Assembly (NCBI GenBank): GCA_043228905.1
Contig: JBHGNT010000007.1
Coordinates: 5,270,001 to 5,334,000 of the forward strand
DNA length: 64,000 bases
Source of the DNA: Azolla caroliniana
Taxonomy: Eukaryota; Plantae; Polypodiophyta
Reading direction: 5' to 3'
Shown here: positions 13,101 to 28,100 of the stretch, in pieces
How the letters are laid out: each line of letters starts with the position of its first letter
Numbering within the stretch: position 1 is the first letter of the stretch
The notes under the pieces: generated by a model
Told to the model about the DNA's origin: nothing
What the model saw: only the letters and a program-made list of their open reading frames with translations
The model's database searches: none
Program-made: the position numbers and the translations under genes

Positions 13101-16100
13101 GGATCTACATCATCTGCCAGAATTTAAACAATCTCAACCTTAAAAAATATTCAAAGCATACATTTGTTAGAAATATTGAGAATCGATTAGATAGGTATAT
13201 GAAAACAAAACTTCTATTACATATGAGAGTAGCTAACAATGGTAGTTCACCCATGCACTCACACTTTAGAGCTTAGATGGGGACTGATGATCAATCCAAC
13301 CATTGCGTAAGAAAGTGGATTATATTCTATGTTTGGTCTGAGTATAACATTAAATGTGCAAGTCAGTTAATAGTAGTGGAGATATTCCTTTTTTGTCAAC
13401 TGACTTGACATTTAATATGACCCAAGTCCCTAGATACAGGCTAGTGCTAGATAGTACTTATCTTGAAGTCAATGACACATACTTCAAGACTAAGTACATC
13501 GTAACTTGCCCACAAAATATTCTAGTTGATTTGATTAGCCTATTTCACTCTTTCCTATTACCTATTTCACTCTTTCCTAAATCCATTGTGTCCTACCACA
13601 TCTACGGTTTCCTAGATTAACACCTTATCGACCCATATGGTCAAGTTGCACACTAGCCGCTCCTCATTTGGGGCGCTATCACAGAACGTGCACTCTAAGA
13701 GCACATATGGGGATAGATTTACAACTTGGGGCTGATCATTGATTATATCTAACAACTGCACAGAAATGTACAATCATATTATTATATTATAGACATGTCA
13801 ATACATTAAAAGAGTGACAAACATGTAGATAATCTAGGGGGAGCATCATGTTTACCCTCCATGTAATAAGGTCAAAAATCACATAAAAGCAAAGAACCAC
13901 CTAAAATAAATCAGTTCATCTAATTCGTATCATGTTCCATGATCATCTGGCAGCAGTTGAAATTACATGGAAAACAAAAGAAACTTCAAATTTTCATTAA
14001 CACGGATTTTAATTCTAAAATTAGCATCATCTTACAATATTTTCATGCAAAAAATATATTATTCTTCAAAGACAGTATTGGAAAGCATATATTCTAGATT
14101 TCTCATACAATCTTATTAGATTAGTAAGGACTGTGATCGCTTTCCTGAATATTATTATTATTATATAAACCAATGCTTACTTGGTAGCACATTGATCACC
14201 ATTGACTTTGTCATGATAGATTGTCCACCGTATTTTATAGAAAAATTATAGTTTCCTACTGTGTTCTGAGACAGATTAACACCGTATATGCCATTTCCAA
14301 TGTAGGATAGATTGAAAACTTCTATTTTTGATCCAATGACATCAACCATAAAATGGGCATCTTGTATTCCCAAGTCTGTACCATTTACTGTATTTCCCAG
14401 CTTGTCTCTAGCTTCAACTTCGATACTTATTGCACCTCCTACCTTAACGTTACTTAAATCTGAAGTGTTTATTATACAATGTTGTGGAGAAATTGGACCT
14501 GCATGTCTTCCACAAATCCACAAATCCATATTACTTTACAAAAAGTAAAAACAGAATCTTTCTTGATCACTGTACACACCATTTTTCAATTGTTCAAGAC
14601 ATCACTTGTTTCTTTATATCTTTCTTGTTCACTATATCTTGTTTCACATATACCAATCAACACAATGCAAGATAAATAATGTTATTATGGCACCAACTAT
14701 GATAATAAACAAATGAATGAGTTTTCAAACAATCAAATTCACCTAGAGAGCCTCATTCAAAAGTTCATCCTTCTGATGGAGCCCTCGCCGTGGTCATCAA
14801 GGAGAGGGGATGGGGGCCCAATACAGAATGAAGAGAAAACTTGGAGGAAAGCAAGGGATGGTAAGAGGATAAAGAAGAAAGAAAGATATATTAACGTCTT
14901 CTAAGAGGCCATAATAGCCTATAAGACAAACAAGAGATTAAATCTTGAGAACAATAAACCAAGGAATCATGTTAACTATCAAGTATAACATTCTCAAATC
15001 AAATAGATTGTAATTTTTGTTTTCGAAATATCTCGAACATACATCCAATTTGATAATGTCAGTTCCGATCACTCTATTTTTTCCAGTTTGGTCATGTTCA
15101 AATGGGGCAGGCAATCCAAACTAAATTGGAATGGAAGTGGTGCATTTATACTTTTGCCACATGACTCAAACTGTTATGTTTCAGCATACCAACAATTATA
15201 AAAAACGATACAAAGCTTTCAAATTGTTATGTAATAGTACACAGGTGTGCAACTTTATTTAGGCATGTATCTTCTAGGTAGGTTTCAGGTAATTGCAGAA
15301 AGTGAGCTAAATAAATAAAAACACTGGAAACTGGGGTGTCATAATTGCAAAAAATATCAATAAATAAAATTTTAGCTTGGAAACTGAAGGTTGATCGTTA
15401 CTTTTCCACCAGGACAAAAAATCCTCACGCTCAGAGCCAAAGCTCAACTACATCTGCATGTGAGGCTTTAAATGTTGTAGGGCATTCAGACCATTGAGGG
15501 AGTACATAGTTTGTACTTGGCATTATCATCCTGCACACGCCAAGGGTATATGGATTACAGCACTCAAATTCATCTACATGAGTATATGAACCTCCAGAAT
15601 CCAGAGCACATGAATGCCACATTACATATGAATGATCACTAGACAGCCAGCCTATGGCAAGAAATCCAGTAGGCAGACACGCTGTCGTGATGTTGTGTGT
15701 CCAATGGGAGAAATTGTGAAATAGTGTGTGGTTCCACGCACATTACACAAACAATTATAAATATGAAAATTAGCCTAGGGTCTAGTGGCATTCGAGTGCA
15801 TATAGAGGGGTGCAAGCAAGATCTGAACCTTGCACCTCCAAGTACTACCAAGTATTTTAAATGTTTTGTATTTCTTTTCATATTCAAAAGGCATAGGAAA
15901 CAACCGTACAAAACCGTCTGCACAAAACCATGTTCCAAGCCCATGGTTTTGTGCATGCCACAAGAAAAACCGTGTGCCCAAAAATCATGGGTTCAAGCCC
16001 ATGGTTTTGTGCATGTTAGAACCATGGATAGACCTATAAAAACCCTTGTAAGTCTTGTGTAAGGGGGGGGCTCAATATGTGATATCACCATCACCACCAC

Positions 16101-19100
16101 CATCAATACAATACTCTCATTTATCTTTTTTCAAATTAATAATTTTCTCTCAAGTGGACATTGTCCTCCTCAACTCAAATATCCACATCATTGTCTTTTA
16201 ACTTCGCGAACGTCCTCCTCAGTCCGAGACCCCGGTGGTCCCGCTCAAGTGGCACATGCACGCGAGCATTTTCGCAACACTAGACTTCCCCCCAGAGTAA
16301 GTGTGCCAATTGCACGCTAAGGTGGCAGAACATAGGTAAAGATATCATATCCCATTCATGGACATCCAAATGTGAATTATTAACCATAAAGAGATGGTAG
16401 ACAGATGTGACTGAGTCATTATTCAGTCTCTGAGGGAAACAGGAGAGCCTCCAAGGACCATAAGACTCTATATTGAAGATAACCAAACTCTACACTCTAC
16501 ACAAATGTGGCAGAGTCCTTGTTCATACTCTATGAGGGAAGCAGGAGAGACTTCAAGGAATTTAAGTCTGTTTCATGACTGCATATGGAAACGAATGAAT
16601 GGGCATTGACTGTTCTGGAGAGGATTCTTTGTGACCTCGTATATACTCTTTTAGGAAAATAGGAGGACAGCGTCCAGCCAGGGCCTTCATCTCCCTTCTG
16701 GACGAGGATCCTTTTGTGTATAGTTACCTGTCATAATTATACCGCAACCACGTAATACAGGTTGGTTTTTCATTGAGCCTCCTATCAGGATAATCCCATG
16801 ACTATTTATTATGCCTCTTGGAGGCTGGATAATACAAATAACTGGCATTAACATACTGAGCATGAGAAAATCTACCATAATGCCCATCTTCATTGGTTCA
16901 ATGACTGTGAATAGGTTTGATACCCTGAAACTCTTTATTATGGAGAAAGGCGAAGATTGCCAAGGAATTTCATCAAATACATTAGACCAATGCTCACTGC
17001 TTTTCTCTTAGACATCACCTTATTCCACTTACTTGATGGGATGGTTGAGGGATTACCTATAGCTGATCTCCTCATGGTCTATGAGACTGGTTGTTGGCTG
17101 ACAAGGAGTTAGAAAAGACATCTCAATCTAAGTAACACTAAACGTACTTTCATGTGTTTTGACATTTCACAACCTATCATCTGATCATATAATTCAAGAA
17201 TATCTGCACAATGCATGTGCTACATATATTCATTTAATATCAGTTGTGAACGCTCGTGTCTGTGGACCTGGTTGATAATAATATTCCTATGCACTAGCAA
17301 AAAATGTGAGCTATTGATAAGAGCTATACCAGGTACAACCTCGATAACGTAGAAACTTCCATTGATGTGAGATCCATAAGCAGTGATTTCCACCTTGTAA
17401 GTGCCAGTTGTTTTGATGCTGAAGTTAGCAAAATATAGTCCTTGACTTGCATTATAAATTTCGGTATTCACAGATTTAGGGAGAGCAATCCCAACTGGTA
17501 ATGGCGTAACTGAGAAGTTCACTGCTTGGGTTGTGTATGATACACTATTACCTTGTGGATCTTGTGCCATGACATACACATATATTATCTCTCCTGCAAT
17601 AACTATGTTTGAGGGCTTGAAAGTTGCTGTGCAGAACCTTGCTTGGATCCAGCCTGCGTACAGTTTCAACAATAGCAACAGACTTCCATTGGTAAGAAAT
17701 CAAATGCTCATACATTATATAAACAGTGGACTTATGAGAAGTAGCAACCTTCCCCAACAGCAATATTCGATGGACTTGTTTCAAGTGTCGATCCATTAAA
17801 AGAAATAGAAATATAATAAAGCCCAGCAATATCTGGCCTATATGCAGCTCGATAACCACCTCCAAAATGTGGTTTGAAGTCATCAATTCTTACAGTGCTT
17901 TCAGTTACATTCGAGCTAAGCAATGTATTAGTTATTGGAATAATATTGTAGGCCTCCATTCCTATATTGATTCCGTCAAATACATCCAAACTAAGTGATA
18001 TATTACTTACGGGAATGATATTGTTATATACATCTCGAATGTACACTATAACATCGTTCCAAAAGTTGATTGATGCTAATGGAGACAATCCTTCCCCTAC
18101 AATCTCAGTATTAACAGCTGCAGGGGAGCCTGTTGGATGCAGGAAATCAGCAATAGGATTATTTTACTTCAGATGTATATAATTCAGCAGATGTGGTTTA
18201 AGAATAGTTGTCAATATATGTACCTGGAATGCAGGAGAATAGATACGGAGAACCTGCTATATCTAATGATGCATTTCCAATATACAAGCTGAAATTTCCA
18301 GTTACTTTCAATGTGATATTCACAAGCATGTACTCGGTCTTGTTCTTGAACAAGGGCTTCAAAAACTCACCAGACATTGTGACAGGCAGCTTGGAATCAC
18401 TTTCCACAACCTTAACCATGAAAGGATAGGGATCATACACAGCATTTCCATAGATATCACTTTGTCTGATCACTAAGGATATATCAGTCCCAACTTCAAA
18501 TGTATTTATTCCTGTCATCCATTTACCTCTACAGTGCTTCATACTGATCGAACCTAAACGAAAAATATCAGAACATAATCATAATGATGACATTTCAGAC
18601 TGCACACTGCACAATAGAAAATTAATTGAACGACAGCAGAGTGGATGATACATTAATATCTCTACTTTTGGTATGGTTTCACATAGATTAGCTACCATTA
18701 TAGATGCAAAGGAGCTCCAGCCCTAATGACAAAGTACAAGCGGTTCATAGAGACATAGGGCACAGCACATGTGGATTTATCATGCAGAAATGGACTTAAA
18801 AGTGTATATAAGTTCCCACTTTCTATCAGTGCAAGTACAGTTACTCTATGGCAGTAAATGTTCCTCTACACCACTATCACGCACTTTCTTTGACATCATT
18901 CCAAGCTAAACATGATGGGATACTAATTTTAGACTTCTACATCTTCCAAATTCCATGACTTGACGACCTTCACAACTGAGAAAGATATATTTCATATTTA
19001 TAGACTTTAGAACACATGATAAGCATTCACAACGAAAACTCCTTCAATATATGCAAACCTTGTAATTTCCTGTTATCAATCATCTTAAAAAATGCCCAAT

Positions 19101-22100
19101 TATACCCATGTAGTGTTCATCATTGTAGACCTTGTACCTTCAGGTTCTCAATCGTCATATTTCTACAGCACATTCGTTTGCAGCAAGCTAACATGTGCAC
19201 GGCACCTCCATTAACTCCAGAGAAATCTTGTGCACCGGTTCCCCCACGATGTTGTCAGTGGTAGTTGCCCTCTCAGATAGCCACACAACACATTACATTG
19301 CCAAGGAGGGAGTTGTATCTAAGAAAGGAAATGCATCACCTTGTGCTACACATGAATGGCTTGTTCCTGTATGGGCACAAGTCACAGGTGTTGTATATAT
19401 TGTGGTTTAAATGATTTAGATTTCCATCAAGCTCAGTCATTTTGCTTGATTTTCTAGTGGAAGCAAAGTTTTTTGTTTTGCTACTTTTGTCCTCTACATT
19501 TGGTGTGCTTGCTTTCTACAGTAGTTGCTGCTTTTATGGTCGCTAGTTTTGTTTCAGCATTAAGTATTAACCCATTGTGTAAGGCAATCTCTTCTGTGAT
19601 TGTGAGTTTGAATCTATGCTTTTTTTATAGTAATTAATACAGAACTGTATCTTTCAGCATAAGAAATGTAATACACACCTTGCTTAACAGTAAATTTGAA
19701 AGGTGAACCCGTCAACCTCTTTTTTACCACATTCTGCACTGACAGCAGAAATGTTCCACTTTTGTGAAGTGAAAACCGTAATAATTGAGATCCCATGCTT
19801 TCTGTTACCATTTTCTCAATGCTCATATCAGGAGTTCGCACGACAGAGTTATCCCTCACGAAGGCCTGGAATTTTAGTGGGTTGAAGTTGTAGGTCGTAA
19901 CTGATACATCCTGTGTACAATATATAAGAAATTTTGCAGTTTCTCCAACCAAAAAAGAATGAACTCCATCCTGCCACTCTCCAGAGCATTCTGGCAGTGC
20001 CACTAGTCCTATTTTTTTCACATTAAACATCAGTCAAGATTGGATCTTAGCAGCCAATACAATAGCCAGATATTGTGACTAATAGAAAATTTTCATACTC
20101 AAAACTAGAAACTTGGTAATGACAGTATATGGAGTAATAAAATCGACATACATTTCATCATAAATAAGAAGGTAATATCTGCCTCTAAGCTTAAAAACGC
20201 ATCGTTTAGTACCGATTGCTTCCATCTATTTTAACTATATTTAGTCTCTAAATATCCATCTGCCACCATCCTCTAATCAGTGAATATATGCCCACTTTGT
20301 GTCTATGTATGTATTTTTCCTCCTTAGAGAAAGTCTAAAATTGTTGCACCAAACCAAAGATGAGGTTAAACACAGTTTTTTAACTAATTACAGACCTTCT
20401 AAGAAGAGCATAGCACATGCCGCATTCCATTGTGATGAAGTAAGAGGGGAGGGATATTCTGAGGCATCTTATCTCTATTTCTGACGCAATAGATATGGGC
20501 AGAGATTTATGCTTCACAACTTGTCATACAATAATGAAAGGTATCTCGTGTCTTTGCAAAAGAAAAAAATGTTATATTCACTTTATATTTTTAAATGGGA
20601 TAGGTTATTCACAAATTTGGTTTGAAATTTGGAGCACGTCATATTCAGAACAAAAAGCTTAATATTACCATGGGAACAGGTGAATGGAAATGGAGACCCA
20701 TAAATGTTTTCTCCTTCACTTTCAATTTGAAGCAAATGGCTTCCTTCTTCCCATATTTGAAAGATAAGAACTTGATTTTTTGTTGGACTATCACCCAATA
20801 GCTGGAGAGACATGACTGAGGTAAAAATAGGTTGTCTATCACTTTCTTTCAACACTTGTGCCGTAAAAGGAACTGCGTCGGATGCGTTTCTAGAGAATAC
20901 CCCATTTCCATACATATCTCGCTGAGTGATAATAAACCTTGCTAATTTTCCTGCCTCCACATTTACAATATTGTTCTCCCACTTTCCTGTGCAATTAACA
21001 GCTGATGCAGCACCTATAAAAATGTGAAGAATCTGATATCAAGGGATGAAGCACTCACACATTTAGTATATTGCAAATGCTCTAAATCTGAAAAAAAACA
21101 TTCAGTAAAACATATATTTTTGTTTTGTTTTGCGAGCAAGAATCAGGAGAACTTTATGTACCCATTCTCGATCAAACTTAGAAGTTCAGACTAGAAACCA
21201 AGAAGTAGATCAGCCCACCTCTCACACCCCAGAAACCCTCCAACTCAAAATGCAGACAGTTTTGTCGCTAAGCTTAAGCATTTGCTTAACTTCTTTGGAA
21301 AGAATCCCCAAGTCTCTTCCTCTTCGTCTCTTCCTAAGGCAGTTGTTATATGCTGCAAATCAGATCTAAAGATCTACTTATGGCACAATTGAAGGAAATG
21401 CACATCACAAAGGATCTACCAACGAATCCAGAGATAGCATCACTGCCCAGTGACAATCAACAGTACAGCAGAATGAGACCAATCAATAAAAAATCTATAA
21501 GAACATGTATTGACAGCCATAACTTTTATTGAAACTTGTTGTACTAATAATGTTCTTGCACTCTCCCCTCAAGTTTGAGGGATCACATGGACACATGTAC
21601 ATGTCCCAGAAGGACAAATGCCTCTGACTGTTGACATCACAATTCACCCTTTTTAAAAAGAGGGATAATGAATCTGGTCAGTACCCAGCTCAAAGGCTTT
21701 TTTGTTTAAAATGTTTCATTATTACTCGGTTGTCTTCTACCTTCAAGGAAGCATAAGTTTTGCATTATTAAAAGATATCCAAGAAAGAATGGCGTAGATT
21801 GTCTATATTCTCTGCCTTATCACCAACTGGCATAAACAACATTAAATCTAATTTATCGTTGCCAAGTTCAAAAGAAAATAACCATTTTCTCATATTTTTA
21901 CCTGGATTCACTGTCATGTAGTGGGCTTCACCAACTTGTACCCCTAACCACCTTGTCATAATGACATAAGCTCCGGCAATAATGGGCATATATGTAACAT
22001 TGAAGACTCCACGACTGTTAGGAACAGCGGTTATATTTGGTTTTATTTGTATCATTTTGTTAAATTCTAATATTTCAACATTCAATGAGCCTAAATGCGA

Positions 22101-25100
22101 TCCTTTTGGTGCGCCTTTGTCATCACGAAGTGTCATTACATAGTACGTAGGCTTGCCACTTGCTGAAACATCAAGTCCAGGACCCTCGAATGTACTTAAA
22201 GAGCTGCTAACAGGTCCTGTTAAAACATCAAACTGCAAATTAAAAACATGAGAAAGAGAACATTTCAAGGACAGATAAATCTAGAAACATTTCACAATGT
22301 TCTTAATTTATAAAGTATGCATATCTACTCCATTATTCCCAAACCTGCATCAGTAATACTTTATTCTACACCTGCCCTATCCATGACAAACCCATTCGCT
22401 AACATCTTAAATTTTCAATAATAACTTATGCTGCATATATCTCATCAATATACTATGATGTAAATTACATTGCAAATCTCCCATTGATAACTGCAAAGCA
22501 ATGATTGCTCGATACTCAACTCTTGAGAGCACCATAGAAAAAGTAGCAACACCACAATATGTTTTCTTGTCTATGAGAACAAAAAACAAAGTACGACTAA
22601 TATATGGTACTGAAGAATCTACCAATCTAAGAACTTGATTCTAAACTTAGATAGACTGAAACTTCTGTCTTGAGAAAATATCCAAGATGGAAAGATCTCT
22701 GAAGCAAGGGGAGCACATTCAGTGCCAGGTGATAATGACCTTTAATTGTACAGAAAGACAGACAGATACATTAACTTCTTTTAAAGGCCAAAATGGCCTA
22801 TCAGACTGAAAGAGAGATTATATCTCATAATGTTATCTCATCTTAGTGAACAAAAACCAAAGAAATATATGCAAATTAAAATAACTACCTAAGGTACCAG
22901 AGAATCTTATCAGCTATGCACTTATCATTCTGAACTTAGATGGACTGAAACTTCTGCCTTCGAGAGATCTCCAGCATGAGAAAATGAAACCAATACCTGC
23001 CCCTTGCAATATGATTCCATATAATGCATCATTTACTATGTTCTATTAGATTGTTACATATTCAATTCCCACATATACCTTCAACAACATTAAATGGATA
23101 TGGAGATCCGTATATGCTTTGATTTCCACTTTTTATCTCAAGGCGATATTGGCCAAGATTATATAGTAATACTGGAAAGGTGAGCAGCTGGCCACATAGA
23201 ATATCATCACTTTTCCCAACGAGTGCCTTAAATTCTAGACCTGATACATACGCTTTCTCAATACCCATAATTCGCGCGTGAAACACCGACTGCTTTTCTC
23301 CTCTTGATATATTCCTGCAGAGCACATTACCAAATGCATCCCGTTCTTTTATAATAAATTCTGCCAGTGATCCTTCCTCAACAGTCTGTGTGTTATTCTG
23401 CCACTGTCCTGAACAATTCTTGATAGCAACAGGACCTATAGGGATTATCATAAAAAACAAGTTTTACTGGACTATATTGTTTGTGTCAATACAAGACTGC
23501 AAAATTTTTAATTTATTAACTACGTCACGGGCATCCTATTTCAAGAATATGGCAAATTAAAATGAGATTTCCTATGGATGGAATAAGGTAGTCAATAATG
23601 GATAAGTTGGACAAATACAAAATGGATAGAAAAATGAAAGGATGAAACCTACCTCAGAAATTTGTCAGAATAGTAATTGCAGGTCTAAATGATGTACTTT
23701 GCTAAAATGACTTTTTCACAAACTCATCCAGAGTACCAATTGCCTTCTTAAATGTGATTTGCTTTTATATTTAATTGCTCAACTATGAGCATATGCATGC
23801 CAACATAAAACGGAGACTGAAATATTAATGATCTTAACCTTAATTTCTCTACCTGGAACTACAGAAAATAAATATGGCGAGGCACTGATGGATGCTCCAT
23901 ATATGTCTGTAATTGAAAGCTGGAAGTTTCCAGACTGTTTAGTGAGAAATGAAAGTCTTACAGCATTCTCCTCAATCCCAGTGAGTATGTTAGCATCAAT
24001 TAAATTCATCGTCTCAGAAGTAAGCGTTCGATAAATTGTAACATGCAACATCATCAGCTCATTTTGTGTTACAATCACAGAGTTATTGAAACGATCCTTC
24101 AAGAAAAGCTTTGCTACAACTTGATCACCAGCAACATATGAACTGTTACTACGCCAAGAAAAAGCACAAGCACCTGGCATAATTAAATCTGCAAGATAAA
24201 AGAACTCAGAAATCGCATTGAGTACAGATAGGTTTACATGTATAGACACTGTGGGTCTGTATGCAGACTTTAACGATGCAGATAATGTCAAAACACAGAA
24301 TTCACAAGTGCACAGGAATATCTGAACCTGATCAAGAGATGTCAAAAAGCATTTGCCATAATCATACTTGAAATTAAGAACCTGGCATTTTGTTGCCATG
24401 CAGATATGAATATAAGCAAATAATTGAGGTCCATTAATACAGACAAAAGATGGACCTATGCGAGAAAGTTTTTATAGAGACATTGAAAGCAAAATCATCA
24501 GTAGGTCAATAAACAAGAAGCATGAGTAATGTATCAAATGAGAGAACCTATGGGTGCACAATACTACCATCTTATCATAATGCTGAGTGCTTAAAATCAA
24601 CACGAAAAGTTGCTCCAGCAAGCCTTAGTAGAAGTTCATTATCCCCAACCTGTTAGTTTAGCTTATTCTCCAAGAATAGACCACAAAAAACGATTATCCG
24701 CAGCCTGTGTCAATAAAAACATCAGATTCTACCGTGGCTTATTCTTCAGGAACAGGACTAGAGGCTACAATTCTGATTGCCATGTTTTAGTCATGACAAA
24801 GATTGATTGCATATCTCATCCATAAATGCAGAGAGTTGTACTTCTCACGTGTAGCAAATGCAAAGCCCCTTTAACCCTCATTGAACTCAGACAAATAGGC
24901 AGAACATTTCTAGCATATTATATAATAGATTTCAAACCTGTGAACTATGGTATAGACAATAAAAGCTACTGAACTATTCTTCTAATACAATTGGCCATAG
25001 CGCCTGAATTTACATTATAGATACCAGTATTGTGATTTCAACCAGGTAGCATATCTGTAAATATTGACTAGTATATAAGTCATGTTTATTGTATGTATAG

Positions 25101-28100
25101 GCATAATCGAAGAAATCGAAGAGGGAGATGATAATGAAAGCAAAAAACTTATCAAATTACTTCTTCCAAAATGATGCAATAAAATTACCAGGATTCACTT
25201 TGAAAAAAAATGGTGAGTTCCCCAAAGCCATCATTTTCCCTGATGAAGAAGCTAGGATATGGAGGTAATACTCTCCTGCAGTAGTGATATTTAAATAGAT
25301 GTTTACAACTCCTAATGCAGACATAGTAACTATTTTCATGTCAATATTGTTTAGTCCGATAATTGAGTCTTTAGACAGGCTAATATTAGCCATCATGGAG
25401 ATTGTCTCTTCGCTGCCTGTTGCCATGCTGACATTATTTCCAAAAGAATCCATGTATATCACAGTAAATTGTGCTAAAGATCCTGCCTTTACAGTTTTTG
25501 AAACCCAATAGCCAATACACGCTGAGATAGTTAAGGCACCTACAACCATATTTAATCGGTGTTAAAAATAGAAGTAATGTATGCTTATGAGATATTTAAA
25601 GCGACTAAACCCATAATATTTAATGTTAACACAATACTTTCAGTGTGTGCTATAAGTTTGGGCACGTGTGAATGATTGAATACTAGTCTACAAAGCCATC
25701 TAAATGTATGTCAAGGAGATGCAAAAAACTGAAAGTAGCATGCTCGAAAGTCTGTAAAAGTTGGGATGGAAACTCTTTGTGAAGCCAGAAAGACTGTCCA
25801 AGTTGTTGAACTTACATTCTGCAGAGATTCCATAAACGTTATTTATTAGAGAGCTCAAACCATTCCCACTATACTCTAAAACTTCTTGACAAAGAAAAAA
25901 ATAAAGATATTTTAATGTCTTTTGAGATGCGAAAATGGCCTATAAGACCAAACAAGAGATTACATTTTAAAATGGTGTCTTGTCTTTGAGAATGGTAAAG
26001 CTAAATAAATGTAAACTACATAAAAAGTAAAGAAAAATGTGTCAAAAGAATCTCATTAAGATGCATTTACATATTTTAAGAGGCCAAAATGGCCTATCAG
26101 ACAAAACATGAGATTATACATCTCTAAACGTTTTCTTTGAGAACAAACCTAAATAAATAAATACAACTAAACACACAGTACCAAATAGTTTCATAAGCAA
26201 AGCCCTTAGAATTCTGAGCTTAGATAGACTTACATTTCTGCCTTCAAAAGATCTTTATGATGGCCTGATCCAAGATGTAAGCATCTCCAAACAGGGCAAG
26301 CATCTTAGTACATGGTGATAATGGCCTTTATCTTTTGATGGCCTAGGTAATGTTTGTGGTCCTAATGACCAAGTCCTGAATGCATGACAAACTGCTAGCG
26401 CCCAATCTATTTCAACCCCTTTCAAGGTTCATTGTTGAGAGCCCACTTGTGTAGCCGTTGATTGACTTATAGAATGAGAAGGAGATGAAGCTAAAGAAAG
26501 TTGTGATCATTCTTTGTTGACGAGCTGTTGTTGTATTGTCGGCCTTCAACAACTTCTCTCTATGTCCCTTGGATTCTAGCAAGAGCAGTCCCAAGCACCA
26601 TTCATATTTGCATTCCATCACCTTGCATAGGTAGTTAAGCATTGTTTGGAGATGCAATGGTATATGTTATAGGCATCACCATTGGGACCAATTTTAAATG
26701 CTAATTTCAATGGTTTAAGGGCAGGATGAGTGGGAAGCCAGATATTCTAGGACTTGGAACAAACCCATGAGGACTTGTGCCACATGGGAGTAGGTCCCAA
26801 ATGAGAGTACAAGACTTGTGCCAAATGAGAGTATAGGATGTTGGGGTAAAGGCCCTAAATGACCCCCTTATAGTGTGTACATGTGTATAGGCCTATTTAT
26901 AAAGGACAAAAGTCACTAACCACTTTTTCGTTATTTTTGGGCCAAGTTCAGTGTGAACTTGGCCAACCCTAAATGGGTCATATAAACCATAAGTTAAAAA
27001 CTTTTGGATCTCACTTCAAAGGTGATCTCCTCCAAATACTTCTCTCTCTCTATCTTTTCTACCATAGCTCCACTATTGCATCTAAAGGGCCTATACTAGG
27101 GTGAATCCTGAGTATTCCTTAGCCCAATTGACATCATTCCTAACCCTTACAACTAGTATCAGATCAGATTTAGGGTTTCTGAACTTCTGCACAGTTGTTG
27201 TACAGCAAAGAACAGGTGTTCAGACCTCTTTATTGTGAGCTATGGTGTCATCCTCCTCAGATGTGAAGAATCTTTTTGAGATTCAACAATTTGAGGGAAC
27301 AGGTTTCAACTTGTGGAAGGAAAGAATGCAAGGAATTCTTTTTTTGAAGGATTGTGAGAGGTTGTTGGAGGCAGAAAAACCAGAGAACATGTCAGAAGAT
27401 GCATGGCCGATTTTAAACAAAAAGGTTGTCATATATATTATGATGGTTGTTTCTGATGAGATCTTGGTAGATCTCAAAAGGTTGGTATCTGCTTCTTAAA
27501 TATGGGCAAAGCTAAAGGCTAACAGTACACCTAATGCGAAAGCTTGTTGGCATGCAATTAGATGAGTCCAAGAGTGCAGTTGAACACTTGTCCTTGTTTA
27601 CAGATACCTTATCACAGCTGCAGGACTCAGGAATCGCACCTTTTGATGATAAGCTCAAAGCCATTTTCCTGCTAATGACACTACCTGACTCATGGGAGAC
27701 ATTGGTAGTCTCATTGTCTAATAGCCCCAACTTAACCATTGATGGTGTTAGGGGCTCCATACTCAATGGAATCAAGAGAAAAGCAAGTGGAGAAGGTAGC
27801 AGCTCAGCCAACATGGTTAGAGGTAGGACAAATAAGAGAAGTAACTATGCACATAGGAACAAAAGTAAAAGCCAAGAAAGGGGAAATAGCAACAAAGTTA
27901 AAAGCAATGACGTAACATGCTATCAGTGTGGCAAGAAAGGCCACATGAAACCTGATTGCCGCTATTACAAAGCAGAACTTGAAAGAAAAAAGATTACAGT
28001 TAGCATATATGTTCTTCAATAGTGCGTAGTGAGTTGTGGTACCACTCAATAGTGCATAGTGAGCAAAAGCTTTTTTGAAGAGACAATTGTATCTCCCTCT

